Of a stretch of 64,000 bases of DNA, positions 48,002-56,515 are shown one piece after another. Source of the DNA: Candidatus Krumholzibacteriota bacterium (GTDB taxonomy: Bacteria > Krumholzibacteriota > Krumholzibacteriia > LZORAL124-64-63); contig JAKLEB010000001.1 in NCBI GenBank assembly GCA_022711765.1, forward strand, positions 1,186-65,185. The letters run 5' to 3'. The notes beneath the pieces were generated by a model. The model was not told the DNA's origin. It was given only the letters and a program-made list of their open reading frames with translations, and did no database searches. The number at the start of each line of letters is the position of its first letter. Position 1 is the first letter of the stretch. The position numbers were made by a program, and so were the translations under genes.

Positions 48002-49161
48002 GCTGGACGCTGGACGGCCGTCCGGTGCGGCGCGTCCTCGTGACGCGGCTGCGCTATCTCGGCGACATCGCCATGGCGACGGTCGTGCCGGCGGCGCTCC
48101 GTCGCGGCGATCCCGGGCTCGAGCTGGGATTCCTCTGCGAGGCCGCCTACGCACCGCTTCTGACCGGCCAGCCGGACCTCACGCGGGTGCACGCCCTCGG
48201 CGCCCGCCGGCGGGGCCCTGACGCGGCGGCGCGCCGGGCCGGGCACGATGGCGGCGAGACCGGACGCGCCGGCGGGACCCTGGCCATGGTCCGCGAGCTG
48301 CGAGACGCGCGCTACGACCTCGCGGTCGACCTGTTCTTCAACCCGCGCAGCGCCTGGCTGCTGCGCCTGGCCGGGATCCCGGCGCGGATCGGCGGCGCGA
48401 CGAGCGCCAGCCGGCGCTGGCTCTACACGCATCGCGCGACAGCGCCGCCGATCGCCGAGCGCCCTCGGTTCCATGCCGCGGCCGGCGGCGGCCTGGGGGA
48501 GCACTTGGGCCGACTCGGGCCCCTGCGCCACGGGGACGGGCGCCCGTTCCTCGACTGGTTCGAGGATATGGTCCCGCCCGGGACGGCAGCCCCCCGCGTG
48601 GCGCGGCCGCCGCTCGGACCGCGGCTGCGGGCGATGCTGGCCGGGCTCGGCGCCAGGCCCGGCGGCTACCTGCTGCTGGCCCCGGCCGCGACGTGGCCCG
48701 CCAAGGAATGGCCGGCCGAGCACTGGCGTACGCTCGCCGCGCTGCTCGCGGACGCCGGGCGAATCGTCGTCGTGCTGAGCCCTCCCGGCGGACCCGGGCG
48801 CTGGGCGCCTCTCGCCGCGGCGATCCCGGGCGGATGCGGCGGCCTCCTGGCGCCGTTGCCCCTGGCCGACGCGCTCGCCGTGGTCGGCGCCGCTCGCGCC
48901 CTCGTGAGCGTGGACGGCGGAGTCATGCACGCGGCGGTGGCCATGGGCATCCCGACCGTCGCGCTCTTCGGGCCGACGGACCCCGCGATCTGGTTCCCGT
49001 ACGGGGAGCTGGGCCCGTACCGGGTCCTCGCGATCCGGCCGCACTGCCATCCCTGCGATCGGCATTCCTGCGATCGGTTCGTGTGCCTGCCTGACCTCGC
49101 GCCGGCGCGGGTCTTCGACGCCGTCGCGGCGATCGTGGCCGACGTCCGCGGAGGCGCATGA
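47998..49161 (+). CDS. Glycosyltransferase family 9 heptosyltransferase, paralogue 3
   Basis: 387 aa from a GTG overlapping the gmhB stop. VLVTRLRYLGDIAMATV... and VDGGVMHAAVAMGIPTVALFGPTDP motifs. Confidence 0.75.
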   Translation: MSWTLDGRPVRRVLVTRLRYLGDIAMATVVPAALRRGDPGLELGFLCEAAYAPLLTGQPDLTRVHALGARRRGPDAAARRAGHDGGETGRAGGTLAMVRELRDARYDLAVDLFFNPRSAWLLRLAGIPARIGGATSASRRWLYTHRATAPPIAERPRFHAAAGGGLGEHLGRLGPLRHGDGRPFLDWFEDMVPPGTAAPRVARPPLGPRLRAMLAGLGARPGGYLLLAPAATWPAKEWPAEHWRTLAALLADAGRIVVVLSPPGGPGRWAPLAAAIPGGCGGLLAPLPLADALAVVGAARALVSVDGGVMHAAVAMGIPTVALFGPTDPAIWFPYGELGPYRVLAIRPHCHPCDRHSCDRFVCLPDLAPARVFDAVAAIVADVRGGA

Positions 49162-50234
49162 TGGAACGCGCGCGGCCGATCCGGCGCATCCTGGTCATCC
49201 GGCGCAAGGCCCTCGGCGATGTCCTGGTGACCCTGCCCGCGGTGCAGCACCTCGCCGCCGCGTTTCCGGACGCGCGGCTCGATCTCGTGGTCGATCGCCC
49301 GTACGCGCCGCTGCTGCAGAATCTGGCCCATGGTCTGGAGGTCGTCGCGTGGCCGCCCACGACGGGGGCGGGGCCGTGGCTCGGACGCCTGCGAGCCGCT
49401 GGCTACGATCTCGTGCTCGATTACCTCGGCAGTCCGCGCACGGCGCTGTGGACCGCGCTCTGCGGGGCCCCGCTGCGGATCGGCTACGATCTGCCCCTCC
49501 GCCGCTGGGCGTACAACCTGCGCGTGGCCCGCAATCGCGCCGGCGCGCGGGGTGTCGTCCAGTTCGCCGGCGAGGCGTTCCTGGACCCGCTGCGCGCCCT
49601 GGGCCTCGCGCCGCCGCCCTGGCGGCCCGGCGCGGCGGCCGGTTCGGCGCCGGCGGCCGAGGCAGGCCTCGGCCCTGCGTATCGCGACTGGGCGGCGGCG
49701 TGGCGGCGGGAGATCCGGCCGCGGGCGGCGCTCATGTTCAGCGCGACCTGGCCGGCGAAGGCGTGGCCCGCTCGCGAGGGAGCGGCGCTCTACCGCCGGC
49801 TGGAAGCGGCTGGTCTCGCTCCGATCCTGGTCACCGGCCCGGGCGACCAGGCGCTCGCCGCCGCCCTGCGCGAGGCGGCGCCGGACGCGCGGTTCGCGCC
49901 GCCGACCACCCTGCCGGAGCTGGCCGACCTCGTGGCCGGTTGCGCGGTTTTCGTCGGCACCGACAACGGCGCCCGCCACCTCGCGGCGCTGCTGGGCCTG
50001 CCGACCGTGACGGTCTTCGGGCCCACGGATCCCCGCGGGTGGAACCCGGACGACCCGCGCCATGTTGCCGTGACCCAGCCGGTCCCCTGCGCGCCGTGCG
50101 ACCTGACCCGCTGCCCGGTGCCGGGGCACCCCTGCCTCGACAGCCTCGCGGCCGATCGCGTCGCCGCAGCGGTGCTGCGCGTGGTGGGCAGGGTGAGCGA
50201 GTCGAGTCCCGTCGCCGTGAAGGAGAGACCATGA
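49158..50234 (+). CDS. Glycosyltransferase family 9 heptosyltransferase, paralogue 4
   Basis: 358 aa. ILVIRRKALGDVLVTLPAV... and GTDNGARHLAALLGLPTVTVFGPTDP motifs. ATGA overlap with the upstream gene. Confidence 0.8.
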   Translation: MMERARPIRRILVIRRKALGDVLVTLPAVQHLAAAFPDARLDLVVDRPYAPLLQNLAHGLEVVAWPPTTGAGPWLGRLRAAGYDLVLDYLGSPRTALWTALCGAPLRIGYDLPLRRWAYNLRVARNRAGARGVVQFAGEAFLDPLRALGLAPPPWRPGAAAGSAPAAEAGLGPAYRDWAAAWRREIRPRAALMFSATWPAKAWPAREGAALYRRLEAAGLAPILVTGPGDQALAAALREAAPDARFAPPTTLPELADLVAGCAVFVGTDNGARHLAALLGLPTVTVFGPTDPRGWNPDDPRHVAVTQPVPCAPCDLTRCPVPGHPCLDSLAADRVAAAVLRVVGRVSESSPVAVKERP

Positions 50235-51067
50235 ACCACGCGGTCCGCCTGCTGCTCGCGGCGCTCGTGGCGGCGCTCGCGGGGTCGTCGCTGGCGGCGG
50301 GCGCCGCCGGCCAGGCCCTACCGGACTCGACGTCGCGCAGCGACGTCGAGTCCGATTCCACGACGGTGCGCGCACTGGCGGCGCCGCCGTTCGCGATCGG
50401 CGAGCGGCTCGTCTTCTCCCTGGATTACGGTCCGGTGAACGCGGGCGAGGGCGTGCTCGAGGTGGTCGGCCTGGTCGACGTGCAGGGCCGGCCGTGCTAC
50501 CGGATCGAGAGCACGGCGACCAGCAACCGGTTCTTCTCCGGCTTCTACAAGGTGCGCGACAAGGTGATCAGCTACGTCGACCGCGAGGGTCTGTTCAGCC
50601 GGTACTTCATGAAGCGCCTGCGCGAGGGGACGTACCGCAAGACGGAGGAGATCGAGTTCGACCACGCGGCCGGCCTGGCGCGCTACGACAACGGCAAGGT
50701 GTACGACATCACGCCGGGCGTCCACGACGTCCTGTCGGCCTTCTACTTCGTGCGAACGCTGGACCTCGAGGTGGGGCGGGACGTATTCTTGTCCGCGCAC
50801 AGCTCGCGGAAGACCTACGACATGCGGGTCATCGTCCATCGCCAGGAGGCGGTGGAAACGGATTTCGGGACGTTCGACTGCTTCGTGATCCAGCCGATCA
50901 TGATGGACGAGGGTCTCTTCAAGCACGAAGGCGATCTGATGATCTACCTGACCGCGGACGACCGCCGGATCCCGGTGTTGATGACCACCAAGCTGCCGGT
51001 CGGCAACATCGCGGCCCACCTGCGCGAGCACGAGCCGGGTCGGCCCGCCGGCGGCGAGGGGGATTGA
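50231..51067 (+). CDS. DUF3108-domain exported protein
   Basis: 278 aa. AGGAGAG ribosome-binding site. Signal peptide. The DUF3108-like core (GERLVFSLDYGPVNAGEGVLEV...YRIESTATSNRFFSGFYKVRDKV...) is a family often found in envelope/LPS loci. Confidence 0.6.
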   Translation: MNHAVRLLLAALVAALAGSSLAAGAAGQALPDSTSRSDVESDSTTVRALAAPPFAIGERLVFSLDYGPVNAGEGVLEVVGLVDVQGRPCYRIESTATSNRFFSGFYKVRDKVISYVDREGLFSRYFMKRLREGTYRKTEEIEFDHAAGLARYDNGKVYDITPGVHDVLSAFYFVRTLDLEVGRDVFLSAHSSRKTYDMRVIVHRQEAVETDFGTFDCFVIQPIMMDEGLFKHEGDLMIYLTADDRRIPVLMTTKLPVGNIAAHLREHEPGRPAGGEGD

Positions 51068-51071
51068 CGGC

Positions 51072-52652
51072 GTGGGCGCTCGCGATCGCACGTTCGACGT
51101 TCCGGCGCTTTCCCGCGCCTGGCTGGAGCCCGCCGATCCCGTGGCCGCCACGCCGGGCGTCCGGTACCTGATGCTCGTCGGATCGCTGGCCCTCGTCCTG
51201 CGGCTCTGGCGCCTCGACGCGATGTCCCTGTGGGTCGACGAGGTGTTCACCTGGGAGCTGGTCGCGCCGGGGCGCGGCTTTCGATTCGTCCCGCACATCC
51301 TCGCCGCCTACCAGGGGCCGCTCTATCACGCCGCGGTCTGGCCGCTCGTCCGCCTGCAGGACTCGGCCTTCCTGCTGCGGCTGCCCGCCGCGGTCGCCGG
51401 CGTGCTCGCCGTGCCCTGCCTCGGCGTGTTCACAGCCCGGCTCTGGGGGAGGCAGGCCGGGCGGCTGGCGGCGCTGCTCCTGGCGGTCAGCCCGTTCGCG
51501 ATCTGGTACTCGCAGGAGGCGCGCGGCTACAGCTTCCTGATCCTGTTCGCGGTCGCGGCCGGCATCGTCCTGGTCGATGCGCTCCGCTTGGGGATCACGC
51601 GCGGCCGCGCGGTCGCGCTCGCGCTGCTCGGGTTCGGCGGGCTGGGCAGCAACTTCGCATTCGTCTTCCTGCTGGCCGCCTTCGCGCTCACGGTGGCCGC
51701 GATCGCCAGACCGCAGCGGCCGGGGCAGTGGCTCTGGTGGGCGATCGCCTGCGGCGGCGGCTTCGTGCTCGCGGCGCCCTGGCTGCTGGAAGCGGCCGGG
51801 ATCTGGGAGGTGGGGCGCGTGATCCCGGGCACGGCGACCGGCGAAGCGCTGCGAGGGTCGACGACGTTCGATCCGTGGGCGCTGCCGTTCACGGGGTTCG
51901 CGCTGTTCTACGGATTCAGCCTGGGGCCCTCGCTCGCCGACCTGCACGGCGCCGATCCGCTCGCGGCGGTCCGCGCCAACCTGCCGGTCATCGGCGCCGG
52001 CGTGGTCGCGGCCGCCGCGGCGCTCCTGCCGGCCCTGGCGCGGCTCGACCGGCGGCGGTGGGTGGTCGCGCTGTGGGTGGTGGTCCCGCTGCTGGGCGTC
52101 GTGCTGCTCGCGGTGCGGAACGTGAAACCGTACAACGTCCGCTATGCGGCGACCGTGTTCCCCTGGCTGCTCGCCCTGACGGCGGCCGGGATCGGCCGGT
52201 ACGGGCGCCGCGGCCGGGCGATCGTGAGCGTTGCCCTGCTCGCGCTCTGCGGCGCCTCGCTCGCCGGCTATTATGGCCAGGACCGTTACGCCAAGGAGGA
52301 CGTCCGGGGCGCCGTGGCGGCCCTGGATCCGAGGGAGGCGCCCGGCCGGCCGATCCTCGCGCCGACCGTCGGACCGGTGGTCCGCCACTACTGGCGCGGT
52401 CGGGGCCCTGTCCTCGGCTGCTGGGACGAGCCGCAGGTTCGGGACGCGGCGATGGCCGATCGACTCGTCGCCCGGCAGCTCGGCGACCATGACTCGGCCT
52501 GGATCGTCACCGCCCGGCCGTGGTTCCAGGACCCGCAACGGCTGTTGCCCGACGCGCTCGCTCGCGCCGGCACCCTGGAGCGGATCCACGACGGTCCGGG
52601 CGTCGCGGTGGACCTCTGGCGCCGGCGCGGCGATCCGGGGGGCGCGCCGTGA
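51072..52652 (+). CDS. GT39/GT83-like glycosyltransferase (ArnT / PMT family, polyprenyl-phosphate sugar dependent)
   Basis: 526 aa with about 11 transmembrane helices. The N-terminal loop carries the DE motif (SLWVDEVFTWE). The SPFAIWYSQEARGYSF region is ArnT-like. The start is uncertain. Confidence 0.65.
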   Translation: MGARDRTFDVPALSRAWLEPADPVAATPGVRYLMLVGSLALVLRLWRLDAMSLWVDEVFTWELVAPGRGFRFVPHILAAYQGPLYHAAVWPLVRLQDSAFLLRLPAAVAGVLAVPCLGVFTARLWGRQAGRLAALLLAVSPFAIWYSQEARGYSFLILFAVAAGIVLVDALRLGITRGRAVALALLGFGGLGSNFAFVFLLAAFALTVAAIARPQRPGQWLWWAIACGGGFVLAAPWLLEAAGIWEVGRVIPGTATGEALRGSTTFDPWALPFTGFALFYGFSLGPSLADLHGADPLAAVRANLPVIGAGVVAAAAALLPALARLDRRRWVVALWVVVPLLGVVLLAVRNVKPYNVRYAATVFPWLLALTAAGIGRYGRRGRAIVSVALLALCGASLAGYYGQDRYAKEDVRGAVAALDPREAPGRPILAPTVGPVVRHYWRGRGPVLGCWDEPQVRDAAMADRLVARQLGDHDSAWIVTARPWFQDPQRLLPDALARAGTLERIHDGPGVAVDLWRRRGDPGGAP

Positions 52653-53338
52653 GCCGCGGGAACATCTACGACGGCCGCGGCGGCTACGAGGCCTATATCG
52701 CGGAGGTCAGCGCGGGGTACGATCGCCCGGAAGGATGGTGGTACCGGTTCGCCAAGCGGACCGTCGACCTGATCGCCGCCCTCTTCGGCCTGCTCCTGTT
52801 GATCCCGCTCCTGCCGTTCATCATCGCGATGATCAAGCTCGAGACGAGCGGCCCGGTGCTGTTCAACCAGGTGCGCGTGGGCAAGCGAGGCCGCCTCTTC
52901 TGCTGCCACAAGTTCCGTTCGATGAGCGTGGACGCGGAGGCGCGGAAGGACGAGCTCGCGCACCTCAACGAGGCGACCGGGGCGGCGTTCAAGATCAAGA
53001 ACGACCCGCGCGTGACGCGGGTCGGCCGGTTCCTGCGCCGCAGCAGCCTCGACGAGTTTCCGCAGCTGTGGAACGTCCTTCGCGGCGAGATGTCGATCGT
53101 CGGACCCCGGCCGCAGATCCCCGACGAGGTCGCGGAGTACACTCCGCAGCAGGCGCTCCGCCTGCTCGCCACGCCCGGTCTGACCTGCCTCTGGCAGGTG
53201 TCCGGCCGTAGCCACCTCGATTTCGCCGAGTGGATGGCGCTCGACCAGGAGTACGTCCGCAAGCGCGGGTTGCGCTACGAGCTGGGCATCCTGCTGCGGA
53301 CCCTGCCCGCGGTGATCGAGCGCAAGGGGGCGTACTGA
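52649..53338 (+). CDS. Monotopic phosphoglycosyl transferase (bacterial sugar transferase, PglC/WbaP C-terminal type)
   Basis: 229 aa from a GTG overlapping the upstream stop. One re-entrant helix (LIAALFGLLLLIPLLPFIIAMI). Catalytic motifs KFRSM, DELPQ-like (DEFPQLWNVLRGEMSIVGPRP) and PGLTCLWQVSGR. Confidence 0.85.
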   Translation: MSRGNIYDGRGGYEAYIAEVSAGYDRPEGWWYRFAKRTVDLIAALFGLLLLIPLLPFIIAMIKLETSGPVLFNQVRVGKRGRLFCCHKFRSMSVDAEARKDELAHLNEATGAAFKIKNDPRVTRVGRFLRRSSLDEFPQLWNVLRGEMSIVGPRPQIPDEVAEYTPQQALRLLATPGLTCLWQVSGRSHLDFAEWMALDQEYVRKRGLRYELGILLRTLPAVIERKGAY

Positions 53339-53715
53339 TGGGCGTCGCCGGCCTCGGCACGGACATCATCCGGGTCGACCGCATCGCGGCGATCGTCGAG
53401 CGGCATGGCGACCGGTTCCTGCGCAGGGTCTACCGGCCGGACGAGCTGGCGGTGCTCACGCGGGTCGGCGCGGCCGCCTACGCGGCGCTCGCCGCTCGCT
53501 GGGCGGCCAAGGAGGCCTTCCTCAAGGCTCTGGGACCACGCTCGGCGAACGTCCCGTATCGGGACGTGGAGGTGGTCCGGGGCGCGGCGGGAGAGCCGTG
53601 GCTCCGCCTGCACGGCGCCGCGGCGCGCGCCCTCGCGGATCTCGGCGCCACGAGGGCGCTGGTGTCGCTGAGCCACGAGGGGGACCACGCCGTCGCCACC
53701 GTGATCCTCGTCTGA
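53338..53715 (+). CDS. acpS: Holo-[acyl-carrier-protein] synthase
   Basis: 125 aa, MGVAGLGTDIIRVDRI...WAAKEAFLKALG. The ATG overlaps the upstream TGA. Confidence 0.85.
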   Translation: MGVAGLGTDIIRVDRIAAIVERHGDRFLRRVYRPDELAVLTRVGAAAYAALAARWAAKEAFLKALGPRSANVPYRDVEVVRGAAGEPWLRLHGAAARALADLGATRALVSLSHEGDHAVATVILV

Positions 53716-53837
53716 GACCGGCGGGATGCCCGCCGCCGCGCCGCCGGGCAAACCTGTTGTCTTCACCCCGCCAAGATCCTATGCTACCGTCCCGTTGTCC
53801 GCTGGCGCGGTGTCGCGCCGGCGAGGAGCCTGGAACC

Positions 53838-54752
53838 GTGACCCAGCTGGAATTCCTGCTCATCGATGTCTTCACGGACCGCCCCTTCGGAGGCAGCCGG
53901 CTGACGGTCTTTCCCGATGCCGGCAGTCTCCCGTCCGTCGTCATGCAGCAGCTCGCGCAGGAGCTCGGCCAGGGCGAGACGGCGTTCGTGCTGGGGTCTG
54001 TCCCGGCGAACGCCCTGCGAGCGCCCCTGCGGGTCTTCACGCCGCAGGTGGAGATCCCCTTCGGCGGCCACTCGCTGCTCGGCGCGGCGTTCGCGATGGA
54101 CGTCCTGGGGCGGCGATCGGCCGCCGATCCGTCCGTGCCGCGCGTGTGGGAGCTCGAGGCGGGCCATTACGAGGTGACGACCCGCGGCACCGGCCAGGGC
54201 ATGATCTACAGCCTGCGCGTGGATCCGCCCGCGTTTCTCGGCGAGTACTACCACCGGGGCAAGGTCGCGCGTGCGCTCGGACTCGAGGAGAGCGAGCTCG
54301 CCATCACGGGCCTGCCCTGCGAGATCATCTCGACGGGCCTGCCCATCCACATCGTGCCGGTCGGCTCGCTGAGCGCGGTGAAGCGGGCGCGGCTGCGGCA
54401 GCGGGAGGCGGAGGCGATCGCGCGCGACCTCGGCTTCGGCGATCTGTTCCTCTTCACCTTCGAGACCGAAAGCCCCGAGGCCACCGTGCACTGCCGGATG
54501 TTCGCGCCCAACTTCGGCATCCCCGAAGACCCCGCCAGCGGCACGGCCTTCGGGTCGCTGGCCGCCTACCTCGTGAAGCACCGGCTGGCGCGCGCGAGCG
54601 AGACCCTGGCGTTCGTCGGCGAGCAAGGCCTGGAGATGGGACGCTCCAGCCGCCTGTTCGTCGAGGCTTCGATCCGCGGCGGCCGGGCTGTCGACATCCG
54701 CGTGGGCGGCCAGTGCGTCCTCGTGGGCAGCGGCCACTTGCAGCTGCCCTGA
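53838..54752 (+). CDS. PhzF-family (diaminopimelate-epimerase-fold) isomerase-like protein
   Basis: 304 aa from the GTG at 53838. N-terminus LEFLLIDVFTDRPFGGSRLTVF, GETAFVL, and the second-half motif MFAPNFGIPEDPASGTAFGSLAAYL. Confidence 0.75.
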   Translation: MTQLEFLLIDVFTDRPFGGSRLTVFPDAGSLPSVVMQQLAQELGQGETAFVLGSVPANALRAPLRVFTPQVEIPFGGHSLLGAAFAMDVLGRRSAADPSVPRVWELEAGHYEVTTRGTGQGMIYSLRVDPPAFLGEYYHRGKVARALGLEESELAITGLPCEIISTGLPIHIVPVGSLSAVKRARLRQREAEAIARDLGFGDLFLFTFETESPEATVHCRMFAPNFGIPEDPASGTAFGSLAAYLVKHRLARASETLAFVGEQGLEMGRSSRLFVEASIRGGRAVDIRVGGQCVLVGSGHLQLP

Positions 54753-54814
54753 GACTTGGTGGCCCCTGAGACTTGGCGGCCGCCGAGACGTGGCGGCCCC
54801 TGAGACCTGGCGAC
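54747..54814. repeat. Imperfect 17-bp tandem repeat x4 (consensus CCCTGAGACTTGGCGGC)
   Basis: The four units are CCCTGAGACTTGGTGGC, CCCTGAGACTTGGCGGC, CGCCGAGACGTGGCGGC and CCCTGAGACCTGGCGAC. The array begins inside the PhzF stop codon and ends 43 nt before the acyl-CoA dehydrogenase ATG. Confidence 0.8.
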
Positions 54815-54857
54815 CGGCGGCGGCGGTTTCGCCGCGGCGACGACACGGAGGATCCCC

Positions 54858-56513
54858 ATGACCAGACCAGCCGGACTGGCGCCCGAGATGACGGACATGA
54901 TGGTGCAGACGCTCAGACAGGTCGTGCAGCGCGAGCTGCCCGACGCGAGGGTCCTCGAGCTCGACGAGAAGGACCTCTTCCCGCACGACCTCATCGAGAA
55001 GCTCCTGTCGCCGGAGGTCGGCCTGCACCTGATCTTCCTGCCCGAATCCGCGGGCGGCCTCGGAGGCGGCGCGCGCGATATCTGCCGGGTCAGCGAGGAG
55101 ATGGCGGCCGTGGACCTCGGGGTCGCCACGGCCTTCCTCGCGATCTGCCTGGGCACGGACCCGATCCTGGTCGGCGGCACCGAGGCCCAGAAGAACCTGT
55201 GGCTGCCCAGGATCGCGCAGGGCCTGATCGTGGCGTACGGCGTGACCGAGCCCGAGGCCGGCAGCAACGTCGCGGCGCTGAAGACGATCGCCGAGCCGGT
55301 CGCGGACGCGGCCGGCCGCGTCACCGCCTATCGGCTCAACGGCGCCAAGCAGTGGATCACGAACGGCGGCGTGGCGCAGCTGTACACGATCCTCGCCAAG
55401 GCGCCGGGCGGTCCGACCTTCTTCATCGTCGAGCGCGGCACGCCGGGCCTCTCGGCGGGAAAGAAGGAGGAGAAGCACGGGATCCGGGCCTCCAACACCG
55501 CCTCGGTCATCCTCGAGGACGTCGTGGTCCCGGCCGAGAACCTGGTCGGCGGCGTGGAGGGCGAGGGTCTCAAGCAGGCCAACGCCGTCTTCGGCTACAC
55601 GCGCCTGATGGTGGGAGCGTTCGGTCTCGGCTGCGGTCAGGGCGCCCTCGATCGCGCGCTGCGCTACGGGAAGGAGCGCATCCAGTTCGGGGCGCCGCTC
55701 GTGGAGAAGGAGGGCTACCTGCTCAAGCTCATCGTCCCGCCCTGGATCGACCTGTGCGCCGGTCGCGCCTACGTCGAGGACATCGCCCTGCGGATCGACG
55801 GCGGCGAGGACGGATTGCAGGTCGAGGGGTCGATCGCCAAGCTCTGGTGCACCGAGGCGGGCAACCGCGCGGCCGATGCCGCGATCCAGGCGCTGGGCGG
55901 CTACGGGTACAGCCGGGAATACATGGTCGAGAAGATGCGGCGCGACGTGCGCATCACCTCGATCTACGAGGGGACGAGCGAGATCCAGCAGAACATCATC
56001 GGCGTGTTCCGCTGGAAGGAGACCGTGCGCGGCAAGGGCGAGATCTACGCCGCCATGGCGGCGGCCTGCGACGACGCCCATGCGGCGCGTCCCGACTGCG
56101 GCGGCGACCTCGCCGCGGCGGCCCTGCGCGGCCTCGGCGACGTGATCCTCGACGCGCACGAGACGAAGGCGATCCGCCACCAGATCGTCCAGTTCTCGCT
56201 CGCCGACGTGGCCTGCCGCTGCGAGGTCGCGTCCGCGCTCGCGCGCAAGGCGGTACGCCTCGCGGCGGCGGGCGACGCCGAGGCGACCCTGTTCGCTGCC
56301 GCGAGCCGGGTCTTCGCCCGCCAGGCGGTCCAGGCGGTCGCGGCCGCCGCGGTCGCGGTCGCGACCGGGTTCTCGACGGGCGACGACCTGGCGAACGTCC
56401 GGCGTGGCCGCGATCTCGCGGCCCGGATCGAGGGCCGGATCGGGCCCGGAGCGCTTGCCGGGCTCTGGACGGACCTGACCGTCGTGGGTGACCTGCTGAA
56501 GCAGCGCGGCTGA
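54858..56513 (+). CDS. Acyl-CoA dehydrogenase with about 150-aa C-terminal extension
   Basis: 551 aa. GGAGG ribosome-binding site. Acyl-CoA dehydrogenase N/M/C domains (YGVTEPEAGSNVAALKTIAE, QWITNGGVA, and the catalytic-base region IYEGTSEIQQNII) are followed by an Ala-rich helical extension. Confidence 0.85.
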   Translation: MTRPAGLAPEMTDMMVQTLRQVVQRELPDARVLELDEKDLFPHDLIEKLLSPEVGLHLIFLPESAGGLGGGARDICRVSEEMAAVDLGVATAFLAICLGTDPILVGGTEAQKNLWLPRIAQGLIVAYGVTEPEAGSNVAALKTIAEPVADAAGRVTAYRLNGAKQWITNGGVAQLYTILAKAPGGPTFFIVERGTPGLSAGKKEEKHGIRASNTASVILEDVVVPAENLVGGVEGEGLKQANAVFGYTRLMVGAFGLGCGQGALDRALRYGKERIQFGAPLVEKEGYLLKLIVPPWIDLCAGRAYVEDIALRIDGGEDGLQVEGSIAKLWCTEAGNRAADAAIQALGGYGYSREYMVEKMRRDVRITSIYEGTSEIQQNIIGVFRWKETVRGKGEIYAAMAAACDDAHAARPDCGGDLAAAALRGLGDVILDAHETKAIRHQIVQFSLADVACRCEVASALARKAVRLAAAGDAEATLFAAASRVFARQAVQAVAAAAVAVATGFSTGDDLANVRRGRDLAARIEGRIGPGALAGLWTDLTVVGDLLKQRG

Positions 56514-56515
56514 CC

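Noticed and set aside
54747-54814. CRISPR array
   Set aside because: The four 17-bp repeats are directly adjacent with no spacers. Repeat length and organisation do not fit CRISPR, and there are no cas genes.
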